From positions 62,001 through 126,000 of the forward strand of contig NW_026857469.1 of NCBI RefSeq assembly GCF_026571515.1: DNA of 64,000 bases, read 5' to 3'. Shown here in pieces: positions 11,890 to 27,000 of this stretch (position 1 is its first letter; every line of letters starts with the position of its first letter). The translations under genes and the position numbers were made by a program. Origin of the DNA: Ruditapes philippinarum. Taxonomy: Eukaryota. Under the pieces are notes generated by a model, which saw only the letters and a program-made list of their open reading frames with translations, ran no database searches and was not told where the DNA came from.

Positions 11890-14769
11890 GATTCAAACTG
11901 CAACTACAGTTCTATTGTTCTAACCACAGTTTGTCAGGCTGTTGTTATAGATTAAAATTATAGATAAAATACATGTATCTAGATCTATATAATCATTACA
12001 AACCAATGCGTTAATCCGTTATAAATTGTAGAAACTAATCGGATACTTTCATAAAATCCCTTTGATGGCTCGATTCATTGCTTATTCTACTTCTTGTACA
12101 ACTTCGAGTCTTTCAATATTATTGACCTCGTGTCTGACTGAAGCATGTTACAAACTAATGTAATAAATTAAATTTACATATTGTACATGTATATGAAAAC
12201 TCGGGTAAACATCTTTAATGACTTATCTTATTGAAATATACTGCCTATTTATTGAAACATACTGCCTGTTTGTTAAGTTTAATCCATTTACAACTCGTTA
12301 CATTTGAAGGGCAAATTTTGAGAGTTTATGACGCGCCGCAGTCCTTTGAAATAGAGAAAAACAGAATCCCTCAAGATATATAGCCCAACACGGGAAAATT
12401 GACAATGTTGCAGGCTCGGTTTGATTGAGCCGGTTCATGGACGGTACTGAAAAGCTTTAAACCCATTACGACTGATTTGTCTCAGTTTTCGTCTGTGTTC
12501 GTCGAGCCCCGTGTAGGTAATGTTCTTCCTGCTCTGACTTCATAAAAGGCATTTGGTACTTTTGTTATGGTCATAACGTTTACCTTTAGATGTATGTACG
12601 TGAGGATTTCTGTGATTTATGTAACTTTTAGTAACAATATCAAATGTTAGTGGTTCATTTTATCTTCACTAACTCGTCTCACAGGGGGTTTCGGTTTAAA
12701 TTCCATAGTAGTGAATTTTGCTGCTGCCCTAGTCGCTCCCTCTATAAGTTTTATGTTTGTATGTCTTATTAATTCTTTATACATAATTACACTTGTTGTC
12801 CCTCTCTTGTTGTGTCGAAAATTGAAAATAAAGAGAGAAAGTCTCAATTTCCGTCAAAAAATAAGTATTTCTTTTCACTCTTTATTTTCAAATTTTGACA
12901 CTCCCTTTCGTTGCCTATACACCCTTATCACTGCAATTAGGTTTCCGTCTTTCCTTAAAAACTACCGAACCTCACTTGCTATATTTTGATAATGACATGC
13001 GATTTATAAATTAATCTAAATAAACATATTTCAAATACATTTAACAACCAAATAAACATGGTGTCATGTAAAAATAAAATTAGGTTATATATAATTGCCC
13101 AATAATTTAAACGAACCGCTTTAAAGGAGAACAAACTTATTGTGCAATGTTGCAGCTGCTTCTTAAAAAATGCTTTATTTCTTTTCATAACCTCTGAAAC
13201 GATCTTACGTTTTGTGTATTTTGTTTGGTCATTTATGTCAGTGAGTATTGTAACGCTGTATTGATCAAACAAAAATAAAAATTTACAAAAAATGGAATAA
13301 AGGGGAAGACATTTTTACTGCTGAAGGCATACCCGAAGAACCGTATGATTTCTTTATCAAGATATGTCTTAAAAACGAAAAGGATAAAAATAGTTGTTTT
13401 CTTCGATTCATAACCCTTTGTCTTTTTGTATAAAATAAGATGTCTGGAATCACGCATGTCTTCATAGAAACTAGCCTTCAATAACAAAAAGCAAGAAATC
13501 GGTGCAAAAGCACTTTCAAGTAATTCATTCTTCTAAAATAGCCCATGAAAGTATCATTTCGGAAATTAAAACATGACGTCTGTGAATGTATTTGTCTTTA
13601 AAATATGTCGATGGCCTCTCCTTCACTGGTAAAGTCAACCATTAGATTATTAAGCATGTTCAATTTGACTTCTCATATCCGATATGTTTCCATTACAATT
13701 TGAAAGCTTAAAGGTATTTGAAAGGATAAATCACGTCTAGCTCAAGAGGAAACAAATCCGGTTTTCACTGATGGTATATTTTTTCTTTAAGTTGTGTTCA
13801 TAAGAACATCGATAATGATACAATATAAGAACATCGATGAAGACACTATTGTCATTTGTATCAATTTACGACTGATTGTAAGCTTCGAGACCTAAATAAT
13901 ATAAATGGTTTATATTTTATGATAATAGACAATTACTTTGAAATGTTTAGTACACTAACGCTGCCGTCAATGGAACGATGTCACCTTTTTCAAACTTCGG
14001 TTATAATATTTCATTCTTGTTCAGAAGAAAGAATAACTAAACCTTTGTTGTGCTAAACGACCTTGTTTAAAGCGTGATCAGTGTAGTCGAAAGGCATAAT
14101 TCAATCGCCAGTGAATAGGGGGTCAAAGTCACTGTTAATTAACATAGAAAATGGTTTTCGGACAAAAACTAGAGTTTTTATCAAACTTAGTGTAACGGAA
14201 TCTTATATGAAGACCAAGGTTGAGATTGCTTTTGGATCCCCGGGTTCAAGGTTAAGGTCGCTGTTACTAAAATGGTTTCAATAACTAGAGGAAGCATAAA
14301 GTAACTTCCGTTTTCAAATGAGACCATGGATTGTAATAATGTTTTACACATAAATGTTACGTGATAATAAACATGCTTAATTTAAATTTGACTTTTTTTC
14401 TACATATTTATCTAGCTTTTATATCTATCTCTTTTTAACAAAGATAATGGTTAAAACAGATTATTATAATCTTTAACTGTTTACTAACAATTAATTGTAA
14501 TAATAGTTAGTACAAGGCTGTGACATCATAAAATTTAGATCAAATTTTGCTTCAGACGACTTTTTTAAACGTTAAGGTGCGGGTCTTGTACAGATAACTC
14601 TCACAGTATGAAGGAAACATTTCTGTATCACTGATAATGTGCGATATTAAGGACATTGGCTTTTAAAGTTGTCATAGGATCCATTCCCATCGCTTTTACA
14701 GTTACCCTGACCAATGTAATGAAATTCTTGTCCCATGAAAAATCTCTCCAGAAAGTAAATTCCATCTGC

Positions 14770-15045
14770 CAAACTTTCGTACTGAGTTATGACAGGCTCC
14801 TACATATTTTCAGTTTGCATTGTCTTTGTACCATTTCCGTTATCAAAGCAACCACATTTATTCTCCATGAAAAAATGAAATGAAGTTCATAATCTCCCCA
14901 TGGGCCACTATCCACATACAAGTTTCATCTTTCTAGCTATGATACTTTTGAGTTATTGCAGTGTCCAGATTTATTAAGTTTTCATTGATCATCATCATTT
15001 CAGTAAACATAGCGTCTACAAAAAAAGTCTTCATATTTTCAGTGT
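14770..15045. repeat. Old HINE-like repeat inside the receptor frame (also ~1-140 and ~39700-39990)
   Basis: Core aagtttcatc..gatactttttgagttat resembles mollusc satellite-like Helentron repeats. Shared by three copies. Confidence 0.5.
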
Positions 15046-15649
15046 CTCGGCCATTTCGGCTTCAATGGGTTTATTTTTCAGCACATAGAATGGCGATGAA
15101 TAATAGAATTATTCATTTGACTTGGGAGAATATTCGGTAATGGTTATTATAATTATTTTTTTATTTCATTTTATTACTATAAATAAGTCCTACTATATCA
15201 AACTGGCTTTAATTGAAATCCATGCAGAATATTCACACTCACAACAGATATATCTGTAAAAAATGCCCAAACTTCATCTCAGTGTTATTGTTTAAAACCT
15301 CTTCAAGTGTTGAAGATTTTATATTGCTAGGGTGTGAGATATGCTGCGTCTTTCATTATCTGTCATCAATAAATTCAACCAAACTTTTGCCATTTGATTC
15401 TTTGTTCTAGATAAATGTCAAAGTTCTAAAATATATGCCCTGGGAATTACATTAAAATAACTTTGTGAAACAGCACACATGACGTTTAACAGTTCTTCAT
15501 GTGGGTTTGTCAAAACATATGAATATTTGTATACATATTTTTTGTTTATATCTTGTTTATCTTGTTAATCATCCAGTTGTCTTAACTAGCAATTATATGA
15601 TATAAATTCACTTAAATTGCATCGATGAGCCGTTTGCGAGACCTGAGAT

Positions 15650-15953
15650 TTAAAGATATACTATGCTCACATTTGACATTAGACTTTATTTGACTTCACA
15701 CCAAGTAGATATGTTATGTTTAAAATTCTACGCACTACAAGTGGTCATAATATAAAATATTCAGTGTAATTAAAAAATGGCAGTTTTTTAAAACTTTTTT
15801 CATCAGTAATAGGTAACGCACCTTCCCATATTTTATTCATTAGTTTATTCATTCTTTATTCAAATAAGACATATTCAGTAAGAATTCCATAGATTTCATT
15901 AAATTTCTTTGATTAAAATATTTTACTCAAGAATGAGCATTGTATATCTGTAA
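15650..15953. mobile_element. TTAA-flanked MITE (same insertion as 755-1055, duplicated with the unit)
   Basis: Same TIRs and same flanks as 755-1055. Confidence 0.7.
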
Positions 15954-18900
15954 ATTGTGCATACATACGTTATATAAGATAAATAATCAAAAGTGTTGAA
16001 ACAATGATTGATTATTTTGTGTTTGATTCCATTTCGTATGGTGATATAAATGAGCCAATAATTGTACAGCTAAAGCCACGTGTGACATTCTTTACTTAGA
16101 AAAAAATATCGCTTACTGTCTCTTGAATTGAACTAATCTCACAGAAGAAATCATACAAGAGGAATTGGAATTGATCCAATCACCATTCTTGTCTTTAAAG
16201 AAGACCGTATGAGAAGGCCAGGTCCATTCATCGTCTTTTAATTTAGAAAAACGAACAGCACTTTTATAACAAGTATAATTAAAGTACTGAAAGCGGTGAA
16301 TGTCACGGTCAGGCTTATAAAGCATAACTTGAAGTAGCATTTACATGTATTACAAAAGAGAGTTCATAATTATTTTGTGCCACAATCGGTGAAATATTTT
16401 GTAATTTAAAAATCAAAAATATTTCAACAGAAATAAGTAAGACCCTTTAATTGCTACATTTGTATACATGTACTTAACAGTTAACTTGTTTGGAAATTCA
16501 AAGTACTTTGTATAATATTACGCATTATTAATATTATAAACATGTGACAAATATGTTTATAACATAAAACATGTCCCATGCAATTGTAAATACTTTCATT
16601 GAATGACCCTAAATATTGTAGTTTTATAACAAGAACGATATATGCAACCTGAGATTTTATGTTCCGTCACCGTTTTGCTATAGCCTACACAATAAATTGG
16701 CTGGTTTCTTTTAATTAAGCTTGCTATTTCCTGGTGAAATTTTAACAGAAATATGAACATAATTCTTATACATATCTGTATATAAATATCCTGTGTGATT
16801 AACTGAAATATTTACCTTTGGTGTTATGGTGTTATTCGTGATGAAGCATTTGTATAATTGCTTAGATTCCTATACAAGAATGTTACAAAGCCTCTTTGTC
16901 TTTGCTGCATATGGGCTTGTCCGTTGAAATGATTAAACATCAAAATATTAATTTCAGTTCTAAATTGAAATTCCGAGTGTTGCGATGATTTAAAGTTTAA
17001 CGAAAGTAAGACATGAAGAAATGTAATGAATTTGAAAATGTAGTTTATGTCATGAAATAAAATCATGAAAAACTTATATAAAAGCAATTTCCTTTTTAAG
17101 GAATTCAAACGGATGAGAACAAGAATTGTCATCTTGTCATATTTAATGTATCTCATGGCCTAGATAGATTTCTAAATATCGGACAAACACTGTTTTGATT
17201 CACAAAATTTCTAGAGGAATGGACCATTTCACAAAATTGATGACAATCTGCTTCATAATTGATATTTAGTTCTAATATATCGCGACCTAATTACTTTTAC
17301 GACTTATATGATCATTTATCAGCTCCGTTCTTAACACAGATGACATATCAATATGCTAACCTAACTTTTTACCATGAAAAGTCAAGAATATATATGAAAC
17401 AATATATAAGATAGTGAATATAAGAACATTTAAGATCGACCAACGTGTCAAAAATTAACATGCCGCCGATTTTGATTGATTATGCCTTAAAAACGCTTAA
17501 AAAGATTAAAATAAGCAGTAAGTGTACTGCTTTACGTTGCTTAAAAGTTAAGTTGATTTTATATCATTTGTTAAGATACTGAAATAAAAATAGTTTAGCC
17601 AATCAAAACAGTTTTGTTATTGGCGCATATACTTTTACCATTATTTCCAATGCAAAAATGTTAGTACCAACTTAGCACTGTATAGGTAAAACAACTTTAT
17701 TCGACATCTTTGCAACGAAATTGTAGCATGACTTAGGGCAAAATAAGTGCTATCTACTTCACCAGCTACGGACTTAATAAAGATTCACCGAGAGAATAAA
17801 ATGTTCTGCAAATTCCGAGTATACCAAAATGAAATGAATCCTTATTGTATCAAGCATTGAAAGCATAAAATATTGCAGTTGCTTATTATTAAACAGGAAG
17901 CTTTCTGGAATCTTGTTTACTTAATTAGTTTCGTATCTTTGGAAAATTGTCGTTGAATGTGAACACTACAGTTAAACTATAATATTGATATAATCTTAAA
18001 ATGTAAAAACAAGAAAATCGATTTGTTTTTTTAGTTAAAGTTAATGAAAGTGTAAGGGATAAATAAACATATTTGTGAAAATTGTAAACGCTAGGATATT
18101 TATTCAAACCTTCTTCGGAAATCAAGATTTATAAAAGATAAAAGGAATTTCGTCAATGAACTCAAGGATATGACGTAATGTCCGTGTCTTTCATCACTGA
18201 TTCTGATATTAACACCATAAACATATCAATATTATTCATCTCATAGTTTAAAGAAGAACAGAGATACAATAAATTCCCTGAATTTAAACATAAACTATAT
18301 ACATATATATATATATATACATGCATTTCTTTCTTTATCCTTTATGGCTGGATTTAAAATAGTCTGTGTCTTCAAAATTTTGTCAATCAGATACTTGTAC
18401 TATAATTTGCACTGGTACTTTGCTATCTTGTTCTTCAAAAGCAAAATGTCAATATAATGTCATCATGTGTAATATTGTTGAAATACTGGTTGTTTAAATT
18501 TTTATTGGAAAATATCAAATAAAACACCGACTTTATGAAAAAGGCATGTTTGGACTATGAACAGCTCTAGATCATTATGTGTTCACTTTTTATATCGCCT
18601 TCCTTTCTTTGACTTTGTGGCATTCTTTGTCGATTTCAAGGAATACTGTAAAAAGGAAAAATAAAAAGCTACGTCTGATGTAAAATTATTCGGATTACAT
18701 AATTTACTATTTTTTGTTCTAGAAACGATATGTTGTTAAACATCTTTCAGACACAAAGTACAGCCACGCTAATCATGTAACGGTCATTCTTAATTGATCT
18801 AAACACAGGATGTAAACATTAGTTCTTACAAAAATGAGTAACGAGTCTGAATATATACAAATATTGAAATAATACAAAATACAGGGAAAGCTTGCACGTG

Positions 18901-21092
18901 TTTTGGGTTTGAAATAACTATTGACAGCCCCAATTACTTCAGCGAAAATAAAATTCAACACTTACAAATAGATTTACATTTGCAGTACAATTTCATCAGC
19001 TTTTCTTCTTATCGAGAATAAATTACAATTAACGTAGTAATAATTATTAAAACATGAACGCTTACAATACATTTGAAAAGCCATTGATATAATAAAAACG
19101 TTCTTATTTCAAAATTCAAATGTAAACAATCATGGAAATTAATCAATGTGTGAATTTCATCATACCCTTTTTCAAATCCCAAGCAAACAATCGTTAATTT
19201 TATATTATTACACAATCATTGTTTGATCAATAGTTACAACAAAAGCATTATAATCATTTTGATTATAGGTCTGCCTTAAACTTAAGAAAATTAATTAATG
19301 ACATCAGTAAAAGATTAATGTTCACTTAAAATTGCTCTGCGTTATTTCTACTTCAAATATACTAATTGATTAATTTTTAATATCTAGAATTATCAGCCGG
19401 TCTTATTTGTAATATTGGTAGAAATATTTTAACAAAGATATGAATTTGACATTTCTATTTTATTTTAATAAACGTTTAGAAAACATTTTAACCTAACTGC
19501 GTAACTTTTCGAAAAAGCATATTTTATTTTTTTAATAATAGCTGAACAATATTTTTAGAATTATTTCATTTAGTATAGCATCCGTATATCGTAAGACGTA
19601 CATCCTTCAATATCGCGTATTAAATCCTAGCAAGGTATTCATTTGATTTAAGAGAGGACGTCGTGATAGAGCTTATTGTGTTTCTGATTCTGGACATCGA
19701 TACCGTATTTTATAGGATAATCAGCTTTTAGTTGTAATTGATAAAAAACACACTGGGGAATCTTAACAAAATTCTGGGCCATTATTATGAAAACAGACGA
19801 GACATTTTGTATGTTCGTGGAGATTAATAAAAGATTGGTCGATGTGAGATTAATTTTTTACTTGCATTATTTGAACAGTGTTTCAGTCGTTGAAGATGCA
19901 ATATCCTATTTTGCCTGGAATATTGGGCAAACATAAAAAGTCAGTCATGTTGTTATATTTTATGCAATTGTCTTACATGTGTCTTATTATCCTTCCACTT
20001 TTCACAGCAGTTGTATATGAACAAACATGCAAGCATTGTTAAACAAATTATGTATACGTCATCACCAAATGGTAAAAGTAAATATACATGTCGTTTCAAA
20101 TTTGCATTTATTGTGTTTCAAATAAACCGGTTTTACAAACCATTTTGAAATTGTTGATCATGTTTTATAGCACTTGAACATTTTTTGGGGCGTAATATGT
20201 TATTTTCTCTTGTTTATCAATGAATAAATAGTTTAATCAATACAATATTGATGTTGTAAGCGCCTGTGAAATGTTTTACGTAAACAAATTTCATTCCCAG
20301 TAAATTATTTATTTAATAAGATGTAAATGAACGAGCATCCCTGACGTTGTTGTTGAGTGATAGTAATTTTTGTAATGAATAATGTATTTGGCATTTTTAT
20401 TACTTTACTCATCCGAATAAATTTTAGATGGATCATTATGCAAACTATAGTATATTTTTATGGAAATACATATTGGGATTGGTTTATAATTCAGTTAATT
20501 GTAGGAGTTTCTATTGTACTGTCAAACATTCTCATTGAAAACCCAACACAAAAAGAAAAAACGAAAGCAACAAAAAAGGAGAGTCATGCATCAGGAAGTT
20601 ATGGTGTAGTTTAAAAGTGTGTTTATCATAATGACTGTGACAAAACATGTATATCCTTGTTCAGAACATATGCTATCGGTTAAGACTATTTTTTTTGTTT
20701 AAAACAATATATATTTACCTAAGCCGGCGCAGGGGGGAGAGGTAGGGGAAGGTAAACAGCAACTTGCACTACCACTTCCGTCCATAAACAGGTTTAATCA
20801 AATTTTGTCTGAAATATTTTTAAATTTGCTATTATGGGGGTTCTTTAGTTATACGTTTCTCTATTGTTTATGCTGAATGTGTTATATAGTCATTGCTCCT
20901 GATTCTTAACAATTTTCTAAAATTAATTTTAGTAAGACACATTCTTTTTCTGACACTTAATTCAGGAAAGTTCTTTTGATGAATGAATAATGAAATAAAA
21001 CTGGTTCACAATAAAATGAATAAACTAAAATATATTGAAAAATCGTGTCCAGATCTTTCACTGCGAGCATAGATAACTGTCAAGCAAATTCA

Positions 21093-24000
21093 ACTAAAGC
21101 CACGTGTGACACACTGTAGTTAGAAAAAATATCGCTCACCGTCTCGTGAATTGAACTAATCACACAAAAGAAACCATGCAATGGAAATTGGGATTGTTTC
21201 AACCTTGAAGGAAGACCGTTTTGACAATGCAAGGTCCCATTCATAGTCTTTTAAAGACGAACAACACTTTCATATCAAGTATAATTAAAATATAAGTACC
21301 AAGAGCAGTGAATGTCACGGTCAGTATTACTAGCATAACTTGAAGTGACATATTTTATGAAAGAACACTCATAATTTGTGTGTGTCCTATGCAGTAAAAT
21401 ATTTTGTTATTTAAAAATCAAAAACAAATTCACAGGAATATGTAAGACACTGCTATTGCTACACATACAATTGCTGCAATTGCTACATACTTGACATAAC
21501 TTGGAAACTCAAAGTACTTTGTACAATATTACGCCTCCTTGTCACATGTTTATAACATAAAACATGTCCCAAGCAATAATACTTTTATGGAATGACCCTA
21601 AAATACTGTATGTGTAGAAATATTCGTGGGCTTCAAATTTTCGCGATCTCTGCGGTGACATTCGATCTCTGAATTCAAGTTTAGTGCGAATATCTCTACA
21701 CCAATAATTTCTTAGTTGTCATATTTTCGCGCTTCTATAAAATAACTGTGAACTCCCACGATGATTATTGTAATTTTCCTTATTTTTTACCTGAGCTGTC
21801 TTCGTGAATTTATGATTTTGGACAGCCTCCACGAATTCAAAATAGCGCGAATATTTGTATAGACTCCCAAAATGGACCGTTCTGTAAAAATATACTTCCG
21901 CGAATTCAAATACACATACAGCATTAAGTTTAAACACAATAACGATTTATGCAGCATGAGGTTTTATGGCTTCACAATAAAAAGGCTTGATTGGTAAAAC
22001 CTAATGTAAGGTTTATCTTAGAAACATGAAAACGACGCACCAAAAACTTAAATATTATCTTGTCGCAGTGATGTTCAAAAACATTTATGAGGTATGTGTA
22101 CTGTGCAGTATAAGTAAAGTCATTGGTGGGGAGGTTGGGGTGTATCTCAAACTTACATATCTAATCTTCTTAATCACACTCTTCATTCTGCTAAGGAAGG
22201 CAAACTTATAGGCAGACAAAACAGATTTTTTTTATATAAATCGAATTATAAAATATATTTCATAATAGAAGAAGTTTGACATTTTATTATGCCATACAAC
22301 ACTGTAATTAAAACACTTCCTAATATAAATGTTGTACCGGACGTATTCTTTTTTGTTATACCTTTAGGAAGAACTAAACATAGGCATTTTGTCAGTATCT
22401 TTCCGACGGCAAAGCGTATTATTGACTCATAAAGGTTTTTTTAATCAAGCTTGCTATTTTCTGGTCAAATTTTAACAGAAATATGAACGTTATTCATATA
22501 CGTATCTATATATTAATATATATTAATATCCTGCGTGATTAACTGTACCTATGGTGTTATATAAGATTAAGCATTTGAATAATTCCTTAGGTTTCTATAT
22601 AAGAACGTTACAAAGCCTTTTTGACGCATACTGTATTGGCTTAACCGTCGCAATAATTAAACATTAAAATACTAATTTCAGTTCTAAATTGAGAGTCCGA
22701 GTGTTATGAAGATTTAAAGTTTTAAGAAAGTAAGACATGAAAAAATGTTATAAATTTGAAAATGTAGTTTATGTTATATATATATAATGAAGTCATGAAA
22801 AACTTCTTGAAAAAGCAATTTCCTTTCTAAGGAATTGAAACGGGTGAGAACAAGAGTTATCATCTTGTCATATTTAATGTATTTCCTGGTCTAGATAGAT
22901 TTCTAAATATCGGACAATCACTGTTTCGATTCACAAAATTTCTAGAGAAATGGACCGTTACAAAATTGAAGACTATCTACTTCATAATTTGATATATAGT
23001 CTTTATATAGCGTCATTTATCAGCAGCGTTCTTAACACAGAAAACCTTTCAATATGCTAACCATGAAAAGAAAAGAATATCTATCAAAAAATATAAAATA
23101 GTGAATATAAAAACGTTTAAGGCCGGCCAAAGCGGCTATTTGAACATGCTGCCGGTTTCGTTTTTCATTATGATTAAGCAGTAAGTGTACTATGTTGTAC
23201 AAAAATTAGGATGATTGTACATGTTTTATATAATTTGTTTTGGAACGATTGAAACAAGATATACACAGTAACACTATATAGTTTAGCTACTCAAAACTAT
23301 TCAGTTATAGGCGCATAATCTTTTTCCCATTGTTTCAAGCTACATTCATAAATACAAAAAATGTAAGTATCAATGCCAGATGATCTTGTAGTAGTATATA
23401 GGTAAAACAATTTTATTTGACATCTTTGCAGCGAATCTGTAGAAAGGCTTTAGGGCAAAATACTTAATAAGTGCAATCTACTTAAAAGACAGAAGCACAC
23501 GCTACTGTACAAAATGGAGAACCATCGAGAGAATGACATTTTCTGCAATTTCCGAGTAATCCAAAGTAATATTAATCCTTATCGTATCAAGCATTGAAAA
23601 CATAAGATATGATAGTTGCTCATTATTAAAGAAGTAGCTTTCTGGAATCACGTTTACTTAATTAGTATCTTTGGAATATTGTCTTTGATGTCGGAGTTTA
23701 ACAAGTTTCAGTATAGCTATAAATCAATTATTGTAAATGTTTGAAACAAATACATTTTTGCTAAAACGTAAATGAACGTTGCAACATTTCCATCGATTTG
23801 TGAACACTACAGTTAAACTTCAATATTGATATAATCTTAATATAGCTTTTTACAAATGTAACAAGAAGAAAATCGATTTGTTGTGTAAGATAAAGTAAAT
23901 AAGAGTAAGGGATAAATAAACATATTCGTGAATAAAGTAAACGCTATTATATTAAATTTTATTCAAACCTTCTTCGGAAGTCAAGTTTTATAAAAGAAAA

Positions 24001-27000
24001 AAGGAATTCTGTCAATGAACTCAACGATCTGACGTAATGTCCGTGTCTTTCATCACTGATTCTGATAACATATCAATAATATTTATCTCATAGTTTAAAG
24101 ATGAACAGAGATACACTAAATTCCTTGAACTTTAAACATATAACCATATACATGAAGTTCTTTCTTTATCCCTTATGACTGAATTTTGTTTTTGAGATAC
24201 TTGTTCTATAATTTATACATTTGCACTAGCACTTTGCTATCTTGTTCTTCAAAAGTTCAATGCCAATATAATGTCACCATGTGTAATACAGTAGAAATAT
24301 TGATTGTCTAATTGTAATTGGAAAATATTTAATGAAACACAGACCTTTTTATTTTTGAAAAGGCCTGTTTGGACTATGTACAGCACCACATCATATATGT
24401 TCATTATTTCTGTTAGGAGCATTGTCTTGCCTTCCTTTCTTTAACTTTCTGATATTTTTGTCGATTTTAAGAAGCATATTGGAAACGAAAAAGAATAATA
24501 AAAAGCTAAGAGTGATGTAAATTATTCAGACTAAAGATTAAATAATAATTCATTAATTTTAGTTCTGGAATCGATAAATCTTCCATACACTAAGTACAAA
24601 TTAAGATTAACTAGAGATTACCACATTCGTATCAGGTTAATCATGTAACGGTCATTCTAAATTGATCTTAACACAGGATGGATAAAATTTTTACTAAAAG
24701 AAATGCAACGTAACAAATCGGAATGTATACAAATATTAAAATTATAAAAAATACAAGGAAAACTTGCACGTGTTTAGGATTTTAAATTGACAGTCCCAAT
24801 TATTTAAACGAAAATAAAACATTTACAAATATATAAATATTTGCAGTACAATTTCATTATCCTCCTGTCTTATTGTAGATAGAATTCAGTTAACGAAGTA
24901 ATAATTATAAAAACCTAAACGCTTATAATACATTTGAAAAGCCATTTAAATGATAATAACGTTCTTATATTTCGAAGTATAAATGTAAACATTGAAATAT
25001 TTCATTGTCCGCAATTCATCTCTTCCTTTTTTCAAATCCCAAGCAAAGAATCATCAATGTTCTTATACTAGTATCACAAAAGCATTGTTTGATCAATAGT
25101 TTACATCAAAAGCATTATAATTGATTTGATTATAGGTCTGTCTTTAATTTAAAAACAGTATTTCAATACATTAATAATAACTTAATGTTCACTTAAAACT
25201 GTTGTGCGTTTTTTAACTCCAACTAAACTCATTGATTAAATTAATATCTGTAATTATCGCCCAGATCTATTTGTAATATTATTATCTAATATTAAAACAG
25301 AGATATGTATTTGTCATTTTATGCAACAACACTTTACACACATAGATCGTTGTTTCTTATTTTTCATTATTGTCAGGACTTCGTTTAATGCATTGCCATT
25401 CGAAATAATGATGGAAACTAATCGTTCTTTTATAACAAAGCATTCTCAACTCAGTACATATTAATGTACATATGGCTTGAATTTATGGCCTTTTATCTAA
25501 AATATTGTTTTATTAGTAGTAGGTAGGTTTGTGTTTTTGTCCTTCAGCACGGCCCAGCTGGGATTTTGTTTATCAACTTATCAAAATCAGTTTTACAATG
25601 TGTTATCATGGTTCTATAAACAAAAGCTAGTATATACATTTATTTCAAACTTAAAAAAGTATAACCAATGCCAATTTAGGAGTTGAACCACGTGATGATC
25701 CAATAGAAATCATTATTGGATCCAAATTCTATCAAATTTAGCCTCATTTCCAGAGTTCAAAAAAAAACATATCGATTCTATATCACACTCTTTAATGCCT
25801 CATTTTCTTTCCAGATTCTAAAAGTAAATTAATTGAAGTTCTGTCAAAATATCAACAGAAATGGTGGTGAAATTAAGGTCATGAAACAAAACTGATTCTT
25901 TTGGACTCGTAAACAGCGCTTCTTTCAATATAGTTTTGACAGCTGTGAACACGTCCAACATAATTCAGTTTTGTACTCAACAATGTACAATAACCTCATA
26001 ATATTCATTTAACATTTAACTGTTACCAGACACAACAAAATCCATAACAATTATTCAAAAATAACAAAATATTCAAATAATACTGATAAATTGTTATACA
26101 ATTGGTAATTCCAAGTTTAATTATTGGATAATTATTCAATGTTTACAACTATTCATTGAAAAACTGTTTTACAAAGGTCCGACATGTCCTGATATGCAAA
26201 TTGTAATAAATGCTTTGATGCAATAATGAACGTTTAGAAAATATTTTCACCCTACTGCGTTACTAACTTTTCGAAAATGCAAGTATTAATTTAGCTGAAC
26301 AATATTTTAAGAATTATTCATTTAGGAAATTATCTGTATATCGTAAGACCTAAGTCGTTCAATTTGATATAAGAGAGGACGTCGTGATAGAGATTATTGT
26401 GTTTCTGATAATGGACATCGAGACCGTATTTTATAGGATAATCAGCTTTTAGTTGTAATTGATAACAAACACACTGGAGAACCTAAACAAAATTCCGGGC
26501 CATTATAATGAAAACAGAAGAAAAAAGTATGTTAGAGGTGATTAATAAAAGATGGTTTTTGATGTAAATTAAATCAGTAGATTAACGTTTTGCTAACATT
26601 ATTTGAACAGTACTGATGTGATGTACTACTTTGCCTGGAATATTAATGAATGTAATGGGCAAATATAAAAAAGTCAATCATGTAATAATATTTTATGCAA
26701 TTGTCTGACATACTTTTAAAGTGACTTAAATGTTTCTTGTTATGATTCCACTTTTCACGGCATTTATTTATCTACAAACATGCAAGCATTTTAAAACAAA
26801 TTATGCATACGTCATCACCAAATGCTATAAGTAATATATATGTTGTTTCAAATTTGCATTCATTGTGTTTTAAACACAGTGTGCCAAAACATTTTGAATT
26901 TGTTGCTCATGTTTTATAGCACTTGTACATTTTTTTCGGCGTAATATGTTGTTTTCTCTTGTTTATCAATAAACAAATAGTTTAATCAATACAATATTGA

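Larger units (their letters stand above)
11010..20615 (+). pseudogene. LRR-GPCR pseudogene copy 2 (7TM region deleted)
   Basis: Putative exon ends CAG|GTAAGA at 11680, acceptor TTTCAG| at 11889, then CSNHSLSGCCYRL. LRRs: AFNNKKQEIGAKALSSN, FPLQFESLKVF, VIRDEAFV*LLRFL..KPLCLCC, RNVMNLKM*FMS*NKI. LDLa-like FQCKNVS..HLCNEIVA* at ~17645. At ~19460 the sequence jumps from the hinge to the tail. Confidence 0.75.
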
